Origin: Candidatus Protistibacter heckmannii
Lineage (GTDB): Bacteria > Pseudomonadota > Gammaproteobacteria > Burkholderiales > Burkholderiaceae
Direction: 5' to 3'
Assembly (NCBI GenBank): GCA_025050535.1
Contig: JALBVF010000002.1
Span: forward strand, 1 to 24,000
DNA: 24,000 nucleotides
Part shown: piece after piece, positions 9,463 through 21,148 of the stretch
Layout of the letters: each line of letters opens with the position of its first letter
How positions within the stretch are numbered: position 1 is the first letter of the stretch
Position numbers and translations under genes: made by a program
Notes under the pieces: generated by a model
The model's database searches: none
Told to the model about the DNA's origin: nothing
Seen by the model: only the letters and a program-made list of their open reading frames with translations

Positions 9463-10233
9463 ATGGCAAAGATTTTTTGCGTCGCCAACCAGAAGGGCGG
9501 CGTGGGCAAGACGACGACGGCGGTGAACCTGTCCGCGGGCCTTGCCGCCCAGAAGCAGCGCGTCCTGCTCGTGGACCTCGACCCACAGGGCAATGCCTCG
9601 ATGGGCTCGGGCATCGACAAGCAGCATCTGCAGGCCAGCGTCTATCAGGTGCTGGTCGGGTTGGCCGACGTGCGCGCCACGCGCCAGCGCTCGGACAGCG
9701 GTGGCTACGACGTGCTGCCAGCCAACCGCGAACTGGCCGGCTCGGAAGTGGAGCTGGTCGATCTTGAGCAGCGCGAACGCCGCCTCAAGCAGGCTCTGGC
9801 CGAGGTCGACGCCGAATACGATTTCGTCCTCATCGACTGCCCGCCCTCGCTCTCGCTGCTCACGCTCAACGGCCTGTGCGCCGCCCACGGCGTGATTGTG
9901 CCGATGCAGTGCGAGTACTTCGCACTGGAGGGCCTGTCGGATCTGGTGAATACGATCAAGCAAGTGCACGCCAACCTGAACCTCGACCTGAAGATCATCG
10001 GCCTGCTGCGGGTGATGTTCGACCCGCGCGTGACGCTGCAGCAGCAGGTCTCGGACCAGCTGCTCTCGCACTTCGGAGACAAGGTGTTCAGCACCATCAT
10101 TCCCCGCAACGTGCGGCTCGCCGAGGCGCCGTCCTACGGCATGCCGGGCGTGAATTTCGATCCCGCGGCGCGCGGCTCCAAGGCGTATATGGAGTTCGGC
10201 GCCGAGATGATCGAGCGGATCAAGGTTATGTAA
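9463..10233 (+). CDS. parA: Chromosome partitioning ATPase ParA
   Basis: MAKIFCVANQKGGVGKTTTAVNLSAGLAAQ...VLLVDLDPQGNASMG...FVLIDCPPSLSLLTLNGLCAA (deviant Walker A, Walker B). Confidence 0.97.
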   Translation: MAKIFCVANQKGGVGKTTTAVNLSAGLAAQKQRVLLVDLDPQGNASMGSGIDKQHLQASVYQVLVGLADVRATRQRSDSGGYDVLPANRELAGSEVELVDLEQRERRLKQALAEVDAEYDFVLIDCPPSLSLLTLNGLCAAHGVIVPMQCEYFALEGLSDLVNTIKQVHANLNLDLKIIGLLRVMFDPRVTLQQQVSDQLLSHFGDKVFSTIIPRNVRLAEAPSYGMPGVNFDPAARGSKAYMEFGAEMIERIKVM

Positions 10234-10316
10234 TTAAAGGGCCCGTATCCGAGTGAGCGCTCGCACAAGTTGTCGGTGCAGCGGCGGCTCCGGCCCGTTT
10301 CCAACGAGCAAAGAGA

Positions 10317-11195
10317 ATGGCGACACCGAAGAAAAAAGGCCTGGGCCGTGGCCTCGAAGTGCTGTTGGGCAGTCCGGCGGAGATCACTGAGGCGGTCCGC
10401 CAGGACGGTGAACTGGCAACCCTGGCCCTGGATCTGCTGCAGCCCGGCAAGTATCAGCCGCGCACGCGCATGGATGAGGGCGCCCTGCAGGAGCTGGCCG
10501 ACAGCCTCCGCGCCCAGGGGCTGATGCAGCCCATCCTGGTCCGCGCGGTGGACGGCGGCAAGTACGAGATCATCGCCGGCGAGCGCCGCTTCCGCGCCGC
10601 CGCCCTGGCTGGCTTGAGCGAGGTTCCGGTGCTGGTCAAGCAGGTGGCGGACCAGTCGGCGGCCGCCATGGCGCTGATCGAAAACATCCAGCGCGAGGAC
10701 CTCAACCCTCTGGAAGAGGCGCAGGGCATCCAGCGCCTGATCCGCGAATTCGATTTCACCCACGAGCAGGCGGCCGGCGCGGTCGGCCGCTCGCGCAGCG
10801 CGGTATCCAACCTGCTGCGCTTGCTCAACCTGGCGCAGCAGGTGCAGATCATGCTGATGGCCGGCGACCTGGACATGGGCCACGCCCGCGCTCTGCTGGC
10901 GGTGGATGCCGCCACGCAGATCAACCTGGCGAATCAGGTGGTCGGCAAGCGGCTGTCGGTGCGCGAAACCGAGACGCTGGTGGCCGCCACACAGAAGCCC
11001 TTCAAGCTCAAGCGCCAAGCGCCCCTCCGTGGTGCGGACAGGGATCTGGAGCGGCTCGAGGAAGAGCTCGCGGACACGCTTGGATTGGCGGTGCAGGTGA
11101 AGGCTAACTCCCGGGGCCGTGGCCAGCTGACGGTGCAGTTCGCGAGCCTGGATGAGCTCGACGGTCTGCTGGGGCGCCTGCGCAAAGACGCGTGA
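10317..11195 (+). CDS. parB: ParB/Spo0J/Noc family chromosome partitioning protein
   Basis: LGRGLEVLLG...LLQPGKYQPRTRMDEGALQELADSLRAQGLMQPILVR...GERRFRAAALAGL...ALIENIQREDLNPLEEAQGIQRLIREF... Confidence 0.97.
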   Translation: MATPKKKGLGRGLEVLLGSPAEITEAVRQDGELATLALDLLQPGKYQPRTRMDEGALQELADSLRAQGLMQPILVRAVDGGKYEIIAGERRFRAAALAGLSEVPVLVKQVADQSAAAMALIENIQREDLNPLEEAQGIQRLIREFDFTHEQAAGAVGRSRSAVSNLLRLLNLAQQVQIMLMAGDLDMGHARALLAVDAATQINLANQVVGKRLSVRETETLVAATQKPFKLKRQAPLRGADRDLERLEEELADTLGLAVQVKANSRGRGQLTVQFASLDELDGLLGRLRKDA

Positions 11196-11213
11196 ATATT
11201 ACCGCCGAGGTCA

Positions 11214-11242
11214 TTGACGGAGATTGCGCTAAAACATGTAAT
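11214..11242 (+). promoter_or_regulatory. Candidate sigma70 promoter for the atp operon (TTGACG - 17 nt - TGTAAT)
   Basis: TTGACG 11214-11219 and TGTAAT 11237-11242, in the 94-bp gap between parB and atpI. Confidence 0.5.
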
Positions 11243-11289
11243 CCCGTAATATCTCACAGTTTTTTGCAGAGTGGAAAATTGGACTGGCC

Positions 11290-11766
11290 GTGTACAAATC
11301 TGACCAGCACCAAGAAGAGGAGGAAGAGGAAATTGTTCCGCTGACGCATGCGCAGGCGCTGAATATGTTCGGCGAACGTGCAATGCGGCCTTCCTGCATG
11401 ACCCCCTGCGGGGTGCTGTCCGCCCAAGTCGGCGTCAGCATCTTGTCAGCCCTGGGATGGACAGTCTGGGCCTGGATTGCGGGGGGAGATCGAGAGGGCG
11501 CCGTTGACCTGGTGCCCGGCCTGTCCGCCCTGATGGGCGGAGCAATCTGTTTCGTGCCGGCTGCCTTGTTTGCGCTGGAGCTTTCGAGAGTGGAGCGTAA
11601 CCGCTCGGTCACCGTGATGGTGATTGGCGAGGTGGTCAAGGTGCTGTTCACTCTTGCGCTGTTCACCCTGGTGGCGGCGAAGCTGGCTGATGTGCGCTGG
11701 CTGCCCCTGGGTCTGACCTATTTGCTGGCGCTCAAGACCTACTGGGTCGCGCTGGTGCTCAGATGA
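11290..11766 (+). CDS. atpI: F0F1 ATP synthase subunit I (AtpI-like)
   Basis: About 158-aa hydrophobic protein directly upstream of atpB; four hydrophobic stretches (e.g. LSALMGGAICFVPAALFALEL, VVKVLFTLALFTLVAA). Confidence 0.8.
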   Translation: MYKSDQHQEEEEEEIVPLTHAQALNMFGERAMRPSCMTPCGVLSAQVGVSILSALGWTVWAWIAGGDREGAVDLVPGLSALMGGAICFVPAALFALELSRVERNRSVTVMVIGEVVKVLFTLALFTLVAAKLADVRWLPLGLTYLLALKTYWVALVLR

Positions 11767-11815
11767 GAAGCGTCTGGGCGATAAGAAGAATTGATTGAAT
11801 TGACGGAAGATTGAA

Positions 11816-12718
11816 ATGGCGGAAACTGCGACGCAAGTCATCCAGGCTGCAGAACATGCTGTGGAACACGCGGCTGAAAAGGTATTGACCGCGCCCGAGT
11901 ACATTCTCGAGCACTTGCAGAACCTGAACAGCATCGGCGGCAAGCAGGCGTCCATCGTCGATTTCTCCGTGATCAACTGGGACACCATGTTCTGGTCGGT
12001 CCTCTGCGGCCTGATCGCCGTGGGTCTGCTCTACATCGTCGCGCGCCGCGCCACCTCCGGCGTCCCCGGCCGCTTGCAGGCCTCCATCGAAATGGTCGCC
12101 GAGCTGGTCGAGGACCAGTCCAAGAGCATCGTCCACGGCGATCGCACCTTCGTGGCCCCGCTGGCGCTGACCGTCTTCATGTGGATCATCGTTATGAATA
12201 CAGTCGACCTGATCCCGGTCGACTGGGTCTACGGCATCAACCATCTGCTGGACGTTTTCCATCTGCATCTGCCCCACCACCGCGCGGTGGCCACGGCCGA
12301 CCTCAATGGCACGCTGGGCATGTCCGCATCGGTGCTCGTGCTTATGGTCTACTACAGCTTCAAGATCAAGGGCGCGGGCGGCTTCGTCCACGAACTGCTC
12401 TCCGCACCCTTCGGCGCCAAGTGGTATCTGGCCCCGTTCAACCTGCTCCTGAACCTGATCGAATTCCTGGCCAAGACCATCTCGCTGGGCATGCGGCTGT
12501 TCGGCAACATGTACGCCGGCGAGCTGATCTTCCTGCTCATCGCGCTGCTGGGCTCGATCTGGACCTTTGAAGTCGACCTGGGCATCCTGGGCTTCGTGTG
12601 CAATGTGGTCGCCGGCACGATGTGGGCCATCTTCCACATCCTGGTCATCCTGCTGCAAGCCTTCATCTTCATGATGCTGACCCTGGTGTACATCGGTCAG
12701 GCGCACGACCATCACTAA
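11816..12718 (+). CDS. atpB: F0F1 ATP synthase subunit a
   Basis: [23 protein letters not shown]...[23 protein letters not shown]...[35 protein letters not shown]. Confidence 0.97.
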   Translation: MAETATQVIQAAEHAVEHAAEKVLTAPEYILEHLQNLNSIGGKQASIVDFSVINWDTMFWSVLCGLIAVGLLYIVARRATSGVPGRLQASIEMVAELVEDQSKSIVHGDRTFVAPLALTVFMWIIVMNTVDLIPVDWVYGINHLLDVFHLHLPHHRAVATADLNGTLGMSASVLVLMVYYSFKIKGAGGFVHELLSAPFGAKWYLAPFNLLLNLIEFLAKTISLGMRLFGNMYAGELIFLLIALLGSIWTFEVDLGILGFVCNVVAGTMWAIFHILVILLQAFIFMMLTLVYIGQAHDHH

Positions 12719-12776
12719 TTAAAACAACCACCCAGAGACAAACGATTTTCCCGATTCACCAGCATTAATCGATTAA

Positions 12777-13082
<306 letters not shown>

Positions 13083-13173
13083 GAAAGCCTGGACCTCTCC
13101 GGCGCCAGCTTCCGGCACATCCCCCGGAGCGCCGCCGGTATTCCAGTTCGCTTTTAACCGAAAGGACGACACC

Positions 13174-13644
13174 GTGAATCTCAACGCAACATTCCTTGCG
13201 CAGATGGTGGTGTTCTTCATCCTGTGGTGGTTTGTCGCCAAGTTTGTGTGGCCGCCGCTGATGAAGGCACTCGACGATCGCGCGACCAAGGTGGCCGATG
13301 GCCTTGCCGCCGCCGAGCGGGGCAAGGCCGACCTCGACGCGATGACGCTGCGGATCAAGACCGAGACTGACAAGGCTCGCGCCGACGGCGCGCAACGCAT
13401 TGCCGACGCCGAAAAGCGCGCGCAGTCCGTGGCCGACGAGATCAAGCAGAACGCCAAAGCCGAAGCCGCGCGCATCATCGCGCAAGCCAAGGCCGACGCG
13501 GAACAGCAAGTCACCCGCGCGCGCGAAGCGCTGCGCGACCAAGTCGCCAGCCTGGCCGTCAAGGGCGCGGAGCAGATCTTGCGCCGCGAAGTCGACGCCA
13601 AGGCCCACGCCGACCTGCTGAACCAACTCAAGGCCGGGCTCTGA
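13174..13644 (+). CDS. atpF: F0F1 ATP synthase subunit b (GTG start)
   Basis: [55 protein letters not shown]... Confidence 0.97.
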   Translation: MNLNATFLAQMVVFFILWWFVAKFVWPPLMKALDDRATKVADGLAAAERGKADLDAMTLRIKTETDKARADGAQRIADAEKRAQSVADEIKQNAKAEAARIIAQAKADAEQQVTRAREALRDQVASLAVKGAEQILRREVDAKAHADLLNQLKAGL

Positions 13645-13645
13645 C

Positions 13646-14182
13646 ATGGCCGAACTCGCTACCATCGCTCGCCCGTACGCCGAGGCGCTGTATCGCGTAG
13701 CCAAGGCCGGCAGCGTTGCCGCCTGGTCCGATCTGATCGACGAGATGGCGCAGGTCGCCGCCCATCCCGACCTGCGCTCGGTGGCTGGCAATCCTCATCT
13801 CGGCCACGCCAAGCTGGTCGAAGTCGTCGCCGGTTCGTTCAAGACAAAGCTGTCGGTCGAGGCGCAGAACTTCCTGCAGATGCTGGTCGAAAACGGCCGC
13901 CTGGCTGCGTTGCCAAAAATCGCGGCGCAGTTCCACGCCCTGGCCAATGCCGACGCCGGCGCCGCCGAAGCGTTCATCACCAGTGCGTTCCCCATCGAAG
14001 GCGCGCAGCTCTCCGAGCTGGTCGCCGCGCTGGAGCGCAAGTTCGGAAAAAAGCTCAAGCCCGAAGTGGCGATCGACGCGGAACTGATCGGCGGCGTACG
14101 CGTGCAAGTCGGCGACGAAGTGCTCGACGCCTCGGTGCGCGCCCGCCTGACCGGCATGCGCAACGCCTTGACCGCAGCCTGA
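13646..14182 (+). CDS. atpH: F0F1 ATP synthase subunit delta
   Basis: [23 protein letters not shown]...[38 protein letters not shown]. Confidence 0.96.
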   Translation: MAELATIARPYAEALYRVAKAGSVAAWSDLIDEMAQVAAHPDLRSVAGNPHLGHAKLVEVVAGSFKTKLSVEAQNFLQMLVENGRLAALPKIAAQFHALANADAGAAEAFITSAFPIEGAQLSELVAALERKFGKKLKPEVAIDAELIGGVRVQVGDEVLDASVRARLTGMRNALTAA

Positions 14183-14221
14183 CCGCAGCCCCGGACACCA
14201 TCAAGAATTAGGAGCATCAAC

Positions 14222-15763
14222 ATGCAACTGAACCCCTCTGAAATCAGCGAGCTGATCAAGAGCCGTATCTCCGGCCTTGGCGGCGACGCCGAGCTGCGCA
14301 ATCAGGGCACGGTCATCTCGGTGACCGACGGCATCTGCCGCATGCACGGCCTGTCCAGCGTGATGCAGGGCGAAATGCTGGAATTCCCTGGCAACACCTT
14401 CGGCCTGGCGCTGAACCTCGAGCGCGACTCCGTCGGCGCCGTGGTGCTGGGCGACTACGAACACATCAAGGAAGGCGACCAGGTCAAGTGCACCGGCCGC
14501 ATCCTGGAAGTGCCCGTCGGCCCCGAGCTGCTCGGCCGCGTGGTCAACTCCCTGGGCCAGCCCATCGACGGCAAGGGCCCGATCAACGCCAAGCTGACCG
14601 ACGTGATCGAAAAGGTGGCGCCCGGCGTCATCGCACGTCAATCGGTGAGCCAGCCCGTGCAGACCGGCCTGAAGTCGATCGACTCCATGGTTCCCGTCGG
14701 CCGCGGCCAGCGCGAACTGATCATCGGCGACCGCCAGACCGGCAAGACCGCCGTGGCCGTCGACACGATCATCAACCAGAAGGGCAAGGGCCTTTACTGC
14801 GTGTACGTCGCGATCGGCCAGAAGGCCTCGACCATCGCCAACGTCGTGTGCAAGCTCGAAGAGCACGGCGCCATGGCCTACACGGTGGTCGTCGCCGCCT
14901 CCGCCTCGGACTCCGCCGCCATGCAATACCTGGCCGCCTACTCCGGCTGCACGATGGGCGAATACTTCCGCGACCGCGGCGAAGACGCGCTGATCATTTA
15001 TGACGATCTGACCAAGCAAGCCTGGGCCTATCGCCAGATCTCGCTGCTGCTGCGCCGCCCGCCTGGCCGCGAAGCCTACCCCGGCGACGTGTTCTATCTG
15101 CACTCCCGTCTGCTCGAGCGCGCCGCCCGCGTGAACGCCGAGTACGTCGAGAAGTTCACTAACGGCGCCGTGAAGGGCAAGACCGGTTCGCTGACCGCGC
15201 TGCCCGTGATCGAAACTCAGGCCGGCGACGTGTCCGCCTTCGTGCCGACCAACGTGATCTCGATCACCGACGGTCAGATCTTCCTGGAAACCGACCTGTT
15301 CAACGCCGGCATCCGTCCCGCGATCAACGCCGGTATTTCGGTGTCGCGCGTCGGTGGCGCCGCCCAGACCAAGGTCATCAAGAAGCTCTCCGGCGGTATC
15401 CGTACCGACCTCGCCCAGTACCGTGAACTGGCTGCGTTCGCGCAGTTCGCCTCCGACCTGGACGACGCCACCCGCAAGCAGCTCGAGCGCGGCCGCCGCG
15501 TGACCGAACTGCTCAAGCAGCCGCAATACCAGCCGCTGCAGGTGTGGCAGCTGGCCGCCTCGCTGTACGCGGCCAACAATGACTTCCTGGACGACATCGA
15601 CGTGAAGAACGTGCCGTCCTTCGAGAAGGGTCTGCACGAAGAGCTCAAGACCCGTCACGGCGATCTGATCGGCCGCATCGAAGACACCAAGGATCTTTCC
15701 AAGGAAGACGAAGCCGCGCTGCGTGAAGCGATCGAGTCCTTCAAGAAATCCGGAGCATTCTGA
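14222..15763 (+). CDS. atpA: F0F1 ATP synthase subunit alpha
   Basis: [20 protein letters not shown]...[20 protein letters not shown]...[43 protein letters not shown]. Confidence 0.98.
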   Translation: MQLNPSEISELIKSRISGLGGDAELRNQGTVISVTDGICRMHGLSSVMQGEMLEFPGNTFGLALNLERDSVGAVVLGDYEHIKEGDQVKCTGRILEVPVGPELLGRVVNSLGQPIDGKGPINAKLTDVIEKVAPGVIARQSVSQPVQTGLKSIDSMVPVGRGQRELIIGDRQTGKTAVAVDTIINQKGKGLYCVYVAIGQKASTIANVVCKLEEHGAMAYTVVVAASASDSAAMQYLAAYSGCTMGEYFRDRGEDALIIYDDLTKQAWAYRQISLLLRRPPGREAYPGDVFYLHSRLLERAARVNAEYVEKFTNGAVKGKTGSLTALPVIETQAGDVSAFVPTNVISITDGQIFLETDLFNAGIRPAINAGISVSRVGGAAQTKVIKKLSGGIRTDLAQYRELAAFAQFASDLDDATRKQLERGRRVTELLKQPQYQPLQVWQLAASLYAANNDFLDDIDVKNVPSFEKGLHEELKTRHGDLIGRIEDTKDLSKEDEAALREAIESFKKSGAF

Positions 15764-15819
15764 GCTGTATCACCCGTTTCCCGCCGATAGGCTGGGGCGG
15801 GTCCAGACAAGGAAATACG

Positions 15820-16695
15820 ATGGCCGGAACAAAGGAAATCCGAAACAAGATCAAGAGCGTGCAAAACACGCGCAAGATCACCAAGGCGATGGAGATGGTC
15901 GCCGCCTCGAAGATGCGCAAGGCGCAGGAGCACATGCGCTCGGCCCGTCCGTACGCAGAGAAAGTGCGCAACGTCGCGGCCCACATGGCGCAGGCCAACC
16001 CCGAGTACCGCCACCCGTTCATGGTCAAGCGCGAGGTCAAGCGCGCCGGCCTGATCGTGGTGTCGACCGACAAGGGTCTGTGCGGAGGTCTGAACACCAA
16101 CATGCTGCGCGCGGTGACCAACCAGCTGCGCGAGCTCGACGGCAAGGGCATCAGGGTGCAGACCACCGCGCTCGGCTCCAAGGGTGCGCAGTTCCTCTCC
16201 CGCATCAGCGCCAACCTGGTGTCGCAAGCTTTACAGATGGGCGACACGCCGCATCTGGAGAAGATGATCGGCGCGATCAAGGTTCAGCTCGACACCTTCA
16301 TCAACGGTGAAGTCGACGTGGTCTATCTCGCCTACACCCGCTTCATCAACACCATGCGCCAGGAGCCCGTGGTTGAGCAACTGCTGCCGCTCGACGCCAG
16401 CCGCCTGGAGCAGACCGAAGCTGAGAAGCGCGCCTACTCGTGGGACTACATCTACGAGCCCGACGCACAATCCGTGGTCGACGAGCTGCTCAAGCGCTAC
16501 GTCGAGGCGCTGGTCTATCAGTCGGTGGCGGAGAACATGGCGTCGGAGCAGTCCGCACGGATGGTGGCCATGAAGGCCGCATCGGACAACGCCAAGAACG
16601 TGATCGGAGAGCTGCAACTGGTCTACAACAAAACCCGTCAAGCCGCGATCACCAAAGAGCTGTCCGAAATCGTCAGCGGCGCCGCTGCTGTTTAA
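15820..16695 (+). CDS. atpG: F0F1 ATP synthase subunit gamma
   Basis: [39 protein letters not shown]...[13 protein letters not shown]...[28 protein letters not shown]. Confidence 0.98.
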   Translation: MAGTKEIRNKIKSVQNTRKITKAMEMVAASKMRKAQEHMRSARPYAEKVRNVAAHMAQANPEYRHPFMVKREVKRAGLIVVSTDKGLCGGLNTNMLRAVTNQLRELDGKGIRVQTTALGSKGAQFLSRISANLVSQALQMGDTPHLEKMIGAIKVQLDTFINGEVDVVYLAYTRFINTMRQEPVVEQLLPLDASRLEQTEAEKRAYSWDYIYEPDAQSVVDELLKRYVEALVYQSVAENMASEQSARMVAMKAASDNAKNVIGELQLVYNKTRQAAITKELSEIVSGAAAV

Positions 16696-18147
<1,452 letters not shown>

Positions 18148-18172
18148 CGCAGTAGGCAATTAGGAAACCATC

Positions 18173-18589
18173 ATGGCAACCCTCCATGTCGATGTAGTCA
18201 GCGCGGAAGCGACGATCTTCTCGGGCAACGCGAGGTTCGTCGCGCTGCCCGGCGAAGCCGGCGAGCTCGGCATCCTGCCGGGCCACACCCCGCTGATCTC
18301 GCGCATCCGCCCCGGCGCGGTGCGCATCGAGAAGGAAGACGACGACGAAGAATTCGTGTTCGTGGCCGGCGGCATTCTCGAGATCCAGCCCGGCGTGGTC
18401 ACCGTGCTGGCCGACACCGCGATCCGCGGCCACGACCTCGACGAAGCCAAGGCCAGCGAGGCCAAGCGCTCCGCCGAGGAAGCCATGCAGAACCGCGCCA
18501 GCGAAATCGACTTTGCCCGCGCACAGTCCGAATTCGCCATCGCGGTCGCGCAGCTGTCGGCCATCGCGAAGTTGCACAAGAAGCACTGA
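18173..18589 (+). CDS. atpC: F0F1 ATP synthase subunit epsilon
   Basis: [52 protein letters not shown]... Confidence 0.97.
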   Translation: MATLHVDVVSAEATIFSGNARFVALPGEAGELGILPGHTPLISRIRPGAVRIEKEDDDEEFVFVAGGILEIQPGVVTVLADTAIRGHDLDEAKASEAKRSAEEAMQNRASEIDFARAQSEFAIAVAQLSAIAKLHKKH

Positions 18590-18610
18590 GACCTCGAAGT
18601 CTCTGAGAGA

Positions 18611-18630
18611 AAGGCAGCCTTCGGGCTGCC
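18611..18630. terminator. Hairpin AGGCAGCC-TTCG-GGCTGCCT, likely end-of-operon terminator
   Basis: Perfect 8-bp stem with a 4-nt TTCG loop, 22 nt after the atpC stop. The T-rich side (TTTCTCTC) follows the hairpin on the minus strand, so it could serve either direction. Confidence 0.6.
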
Positions 18631-18639
18631 TCGGAACTG

Positions 18640-19750
18640 GATTTCTGCCTCCGCTATCGATGTCGAGCGTCAGCAGCATCATGCCGTATTCGCCGACGAT
18701 GGCGTTGCGGGCCCGGCGTATCGCCTGCATGAAGTACGTGAATTCCTCCCGCTCCGTCGCGTTCGCGGAAAACAGCAACACATACGGCCGGGCCGGATTG
18801 AAGCGCCGCAGATCCTGATTGGCTTCGATATCCTGCACCGTGTTGACGGCCGCCGCCGCGGCGGCGGCCGCGATTTTCGCCTCCTTGTCCTTGTTCAGCA
18901 GGGCGCGCACGCCGAAACCCAAGCCGATCAGGCCCGTCAGCGTCGGAAACGCCGCCGTAGGCATGCCGGGCACCAGCGCAAACATAAACATGGCGCCTGC
19001 CACCACCGCCAAGGCGCGAGGCTGCATCAGCAACTGCCCGACGATTTCCAGGCCCAGATTGCCCCGGCTGGTGTCGCCGTCGGGCGATACACGGGTGATC
19101 ACGATGCCCGAGGTCAGCGCGATCAGCAGCGCTGGAATCTGCGCGACCAGCCCGTCGCCAATAGTCAGCACCGAGTACAGCCGGATGGCGTCGCCTGCGG
19201 CCATGTCCTGCTGAAAGACGCCGATGGCGAAACCGCCGAGCAGATTCACCGCTATGATGACCAGACCGGCGATGGCGTCGCCCTTGACGAACTTCATCGT
19301 GCCGTCCATGGTGCCGAACAGCTTTCCTTCCTTGGAGAGGTCGGCGCGCCGGCGGCGCGCATCGTTGGGGGTGATCAGGTTGGAGCGCAGATCGCTGTCG
19401 ATGGACAGCTGCTTACCCGGCATCGCATCGAGCGTGAAGCGGGCGGTGACCTCGGCCACGCGCTCCGCGCCCTTGGTGATCACCAGGAACTGAACGACGG
19501 CGAGAATCAGAAAGATCACGATGCCGGCGACGAAATTGCCGAAGGCCTCGACGATATTACCGGCGTCGGCCTGCAGCAGGATCAGCCGCGTGGTGCTGAT
19601 GGAGATGCCGAGCCGGAACAGCGTGGTGATCAGAATCAGCCCCGGCAGGGTGGAGAAGGCCAGCGCGCTGGGCAGGTAAAGCGAAAGCACAATCAACAGC
19701 GTGGACACGCAGAAATTGAAGGCGATCTCGGCGGGTACAGTGATGTACAT
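18640..19750 (-). pseudogene. sctV: Type III secretion export-gate protein (SctV/LcrD/FlhA superfamily), truncated at both ends
   Basis: Minus strand: [220 protein letters not shown].... Hallmarks are [22 protein letters not shown] and [14 protein letters not shown]. The N-terminal membrane segment and the C-terminal cytoplasmic domain are missing, and the track ORF continues only as antisense to atpC. Confidence 0.88.
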
Positions 19751-19846
19751 CGATCAGCATCTTGGTTCCATCGCGCCGGTCCGCGGATGGAGCGTATGCC
19801 CGCTCAGGTAAAATCTGCGCTTTCCCGCCCAGCCGAATTCACCCCC

Positions 19847-20959
19847 ATGGCCTCCCTGCTCAATGACCGTTTTCTGCGCGCCGCACTGCGCCAGCCCACC
19901 GACGCCTCTCCCGTCTGGCTGATGCGCCAGGCCGGCCGCTACCTGCCCGAATACAACGCCACGCGCGCGCGCGCCGGCAGCTTCATGGGCCTGGCGACCA
20001 ATCCGTCCTATGCGGCGGAGGTGACGCTGCAGCCCCTGGACCGCTATCCGCTCGACGCCGCGATCCTGTTTTCCGACATCCTCACCGTGCCCGATGCGAT
20101 GGGCCTGGGTCTGAGCTTCGCCGCGGGCGAGGGGCCGAAGTTCGCACATCCGGTGCGCACCGAGGCCGACGTCGCCGCCCTGCGCACGCCCGATCTGAAC
20201 CGCCTGCGCTATGTGTTCGACGCTGTCGTCGAGATCCGCCGCGCGCTCGTCCAGGACGGCCGCCAGCGCGTGCCGCTGATCGGCTTCTCCGGCAGCCCAT
20301 GGACGCTCGCCTGCTATATGGTCGAAGGCGCGGGCTCGGATGATTTCCGCACTGTCAAGACCATGCTCTACAGCCGGCCCGACCTGATGCACCGCATCCT
20401 CGAGATCAATGCTGACGCCGTGGCCGCCTATCTCAACGCCCAGGTCGACGCCGGCGCGCAGGCGCTGATGATCTTCGACACCTGGGGCGGCACCCTGGCC
20501 GACGGCGTCTACCAGCCGTTTTCCCTGGCCTACATGCGCTGCGTGCTGCGCCAGCTCAAGCGCGAGGCCGAGGGCCGCCAGGTGCCGGTGATCGTCTTCA
20601 CCAAGGGCGGCGGCCTGTGGCTGGAGGAGATCGCCGACGCCCAGGACGGCCACGGCCCCGACGCGGTGGGCCTGGATTGGACGGTGAACCTGGGCGCCGC
20701 CCGCCGCCGCATCGGCGCGCGCTGCGCTCTGCAGGGCAATCTCGACCCCAACACCCTGTTCGCCCTGGCCCCTGCCGTGCGTGCTGAAGTCCGCCGCCTG
20801 CTCGACAGCTACGCCGCGGCGGCGCCCGCCGGGGAAAGCCCGCTGCTTGGCCATATTTTCAATCTGGGCCACGGGATTTCTCAATTCACTCCACCGGAAA
20901 TCGTCGCCGAGCTGGTCGATGAAGCACATATTTATAGCTCGAAGTTTCTCTGGGCTTGA
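19847..20959 (+). CDS. hemE: Uroporphyrinogen decarboxylase
   Basis: [47 protein letters not shown]...[19 protein letters not shown]...[21 protein letters not shown]. Confidence 0.97.
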   Translation: MASLLNDRFLRAALRQPTDASPVWLMRQAGRYLPEYNATRARAGSFMGLATNPSYAAEVTLQPLDRYPLDAAILFSDILTVPDAMGLGLSFAAGEGPKFAHPVRTEADVAALRTPDLNRLRYVFDAVVEIRRALVQDGRQRVPLIGFSGSPWTLACYMVEGAGSDDFRTVKTMLYSRPDLMHRILEINADAVAAYLNAQVDAGAQALMIFDTWGGTLADGVYQPFSLAYMRCVLRQLKREAEGRQVPVIVFTKGGGLWLEEIADAQDGHGPDAVGLDWTVNLGAARRRIGARCALQGNLDPNTLFALAPAVRAEVRRLLDSYAAAAPAGESPLLGHIFNLGHGISQFTPPEIVAELVDEAHIYSSKFLWA

Positions 20960-21148
20960 CTTATGCACAAAAGTTGCGGTGCGGCATGCATTGGCACACC
21001 GCGCGGCAAAGCGCCAGTCGTTCTTTAAGTAACCCCCTGTTTTTAAAGGGATTCATGTTTTCCCCAGGCAAGCCCGGAGAAATGCCGAAGGCTTGAGAAC
21101 ACAGGGCTGGCGGGCGATCTCGGCCCTGTTTTCAACAAAGTTGTCCAC

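Noticed and set aside
9010-10071. Minus-strand ORF (353 aa) over rsmG end and parA
   Set aside because: Overlaps two confident genes and has composition typical of spurious antisense frames.
13099-13138. CCGGCG...CGCCGG inverted repeat between atpE and atpF as a terminator
   Set aside because: Only 6 bp with a long loop and no T-tract, inside an operon expected to be co-transcribed; not strong enough to call.
14201-15658. Long minus-strand ORF (485 aa) antisense to atpA
   Set aside because: Typical antisense open frame in high-GC DNA opposite a strongly conserved gene; His/Gly/Asp-rich translation without family resemblance.
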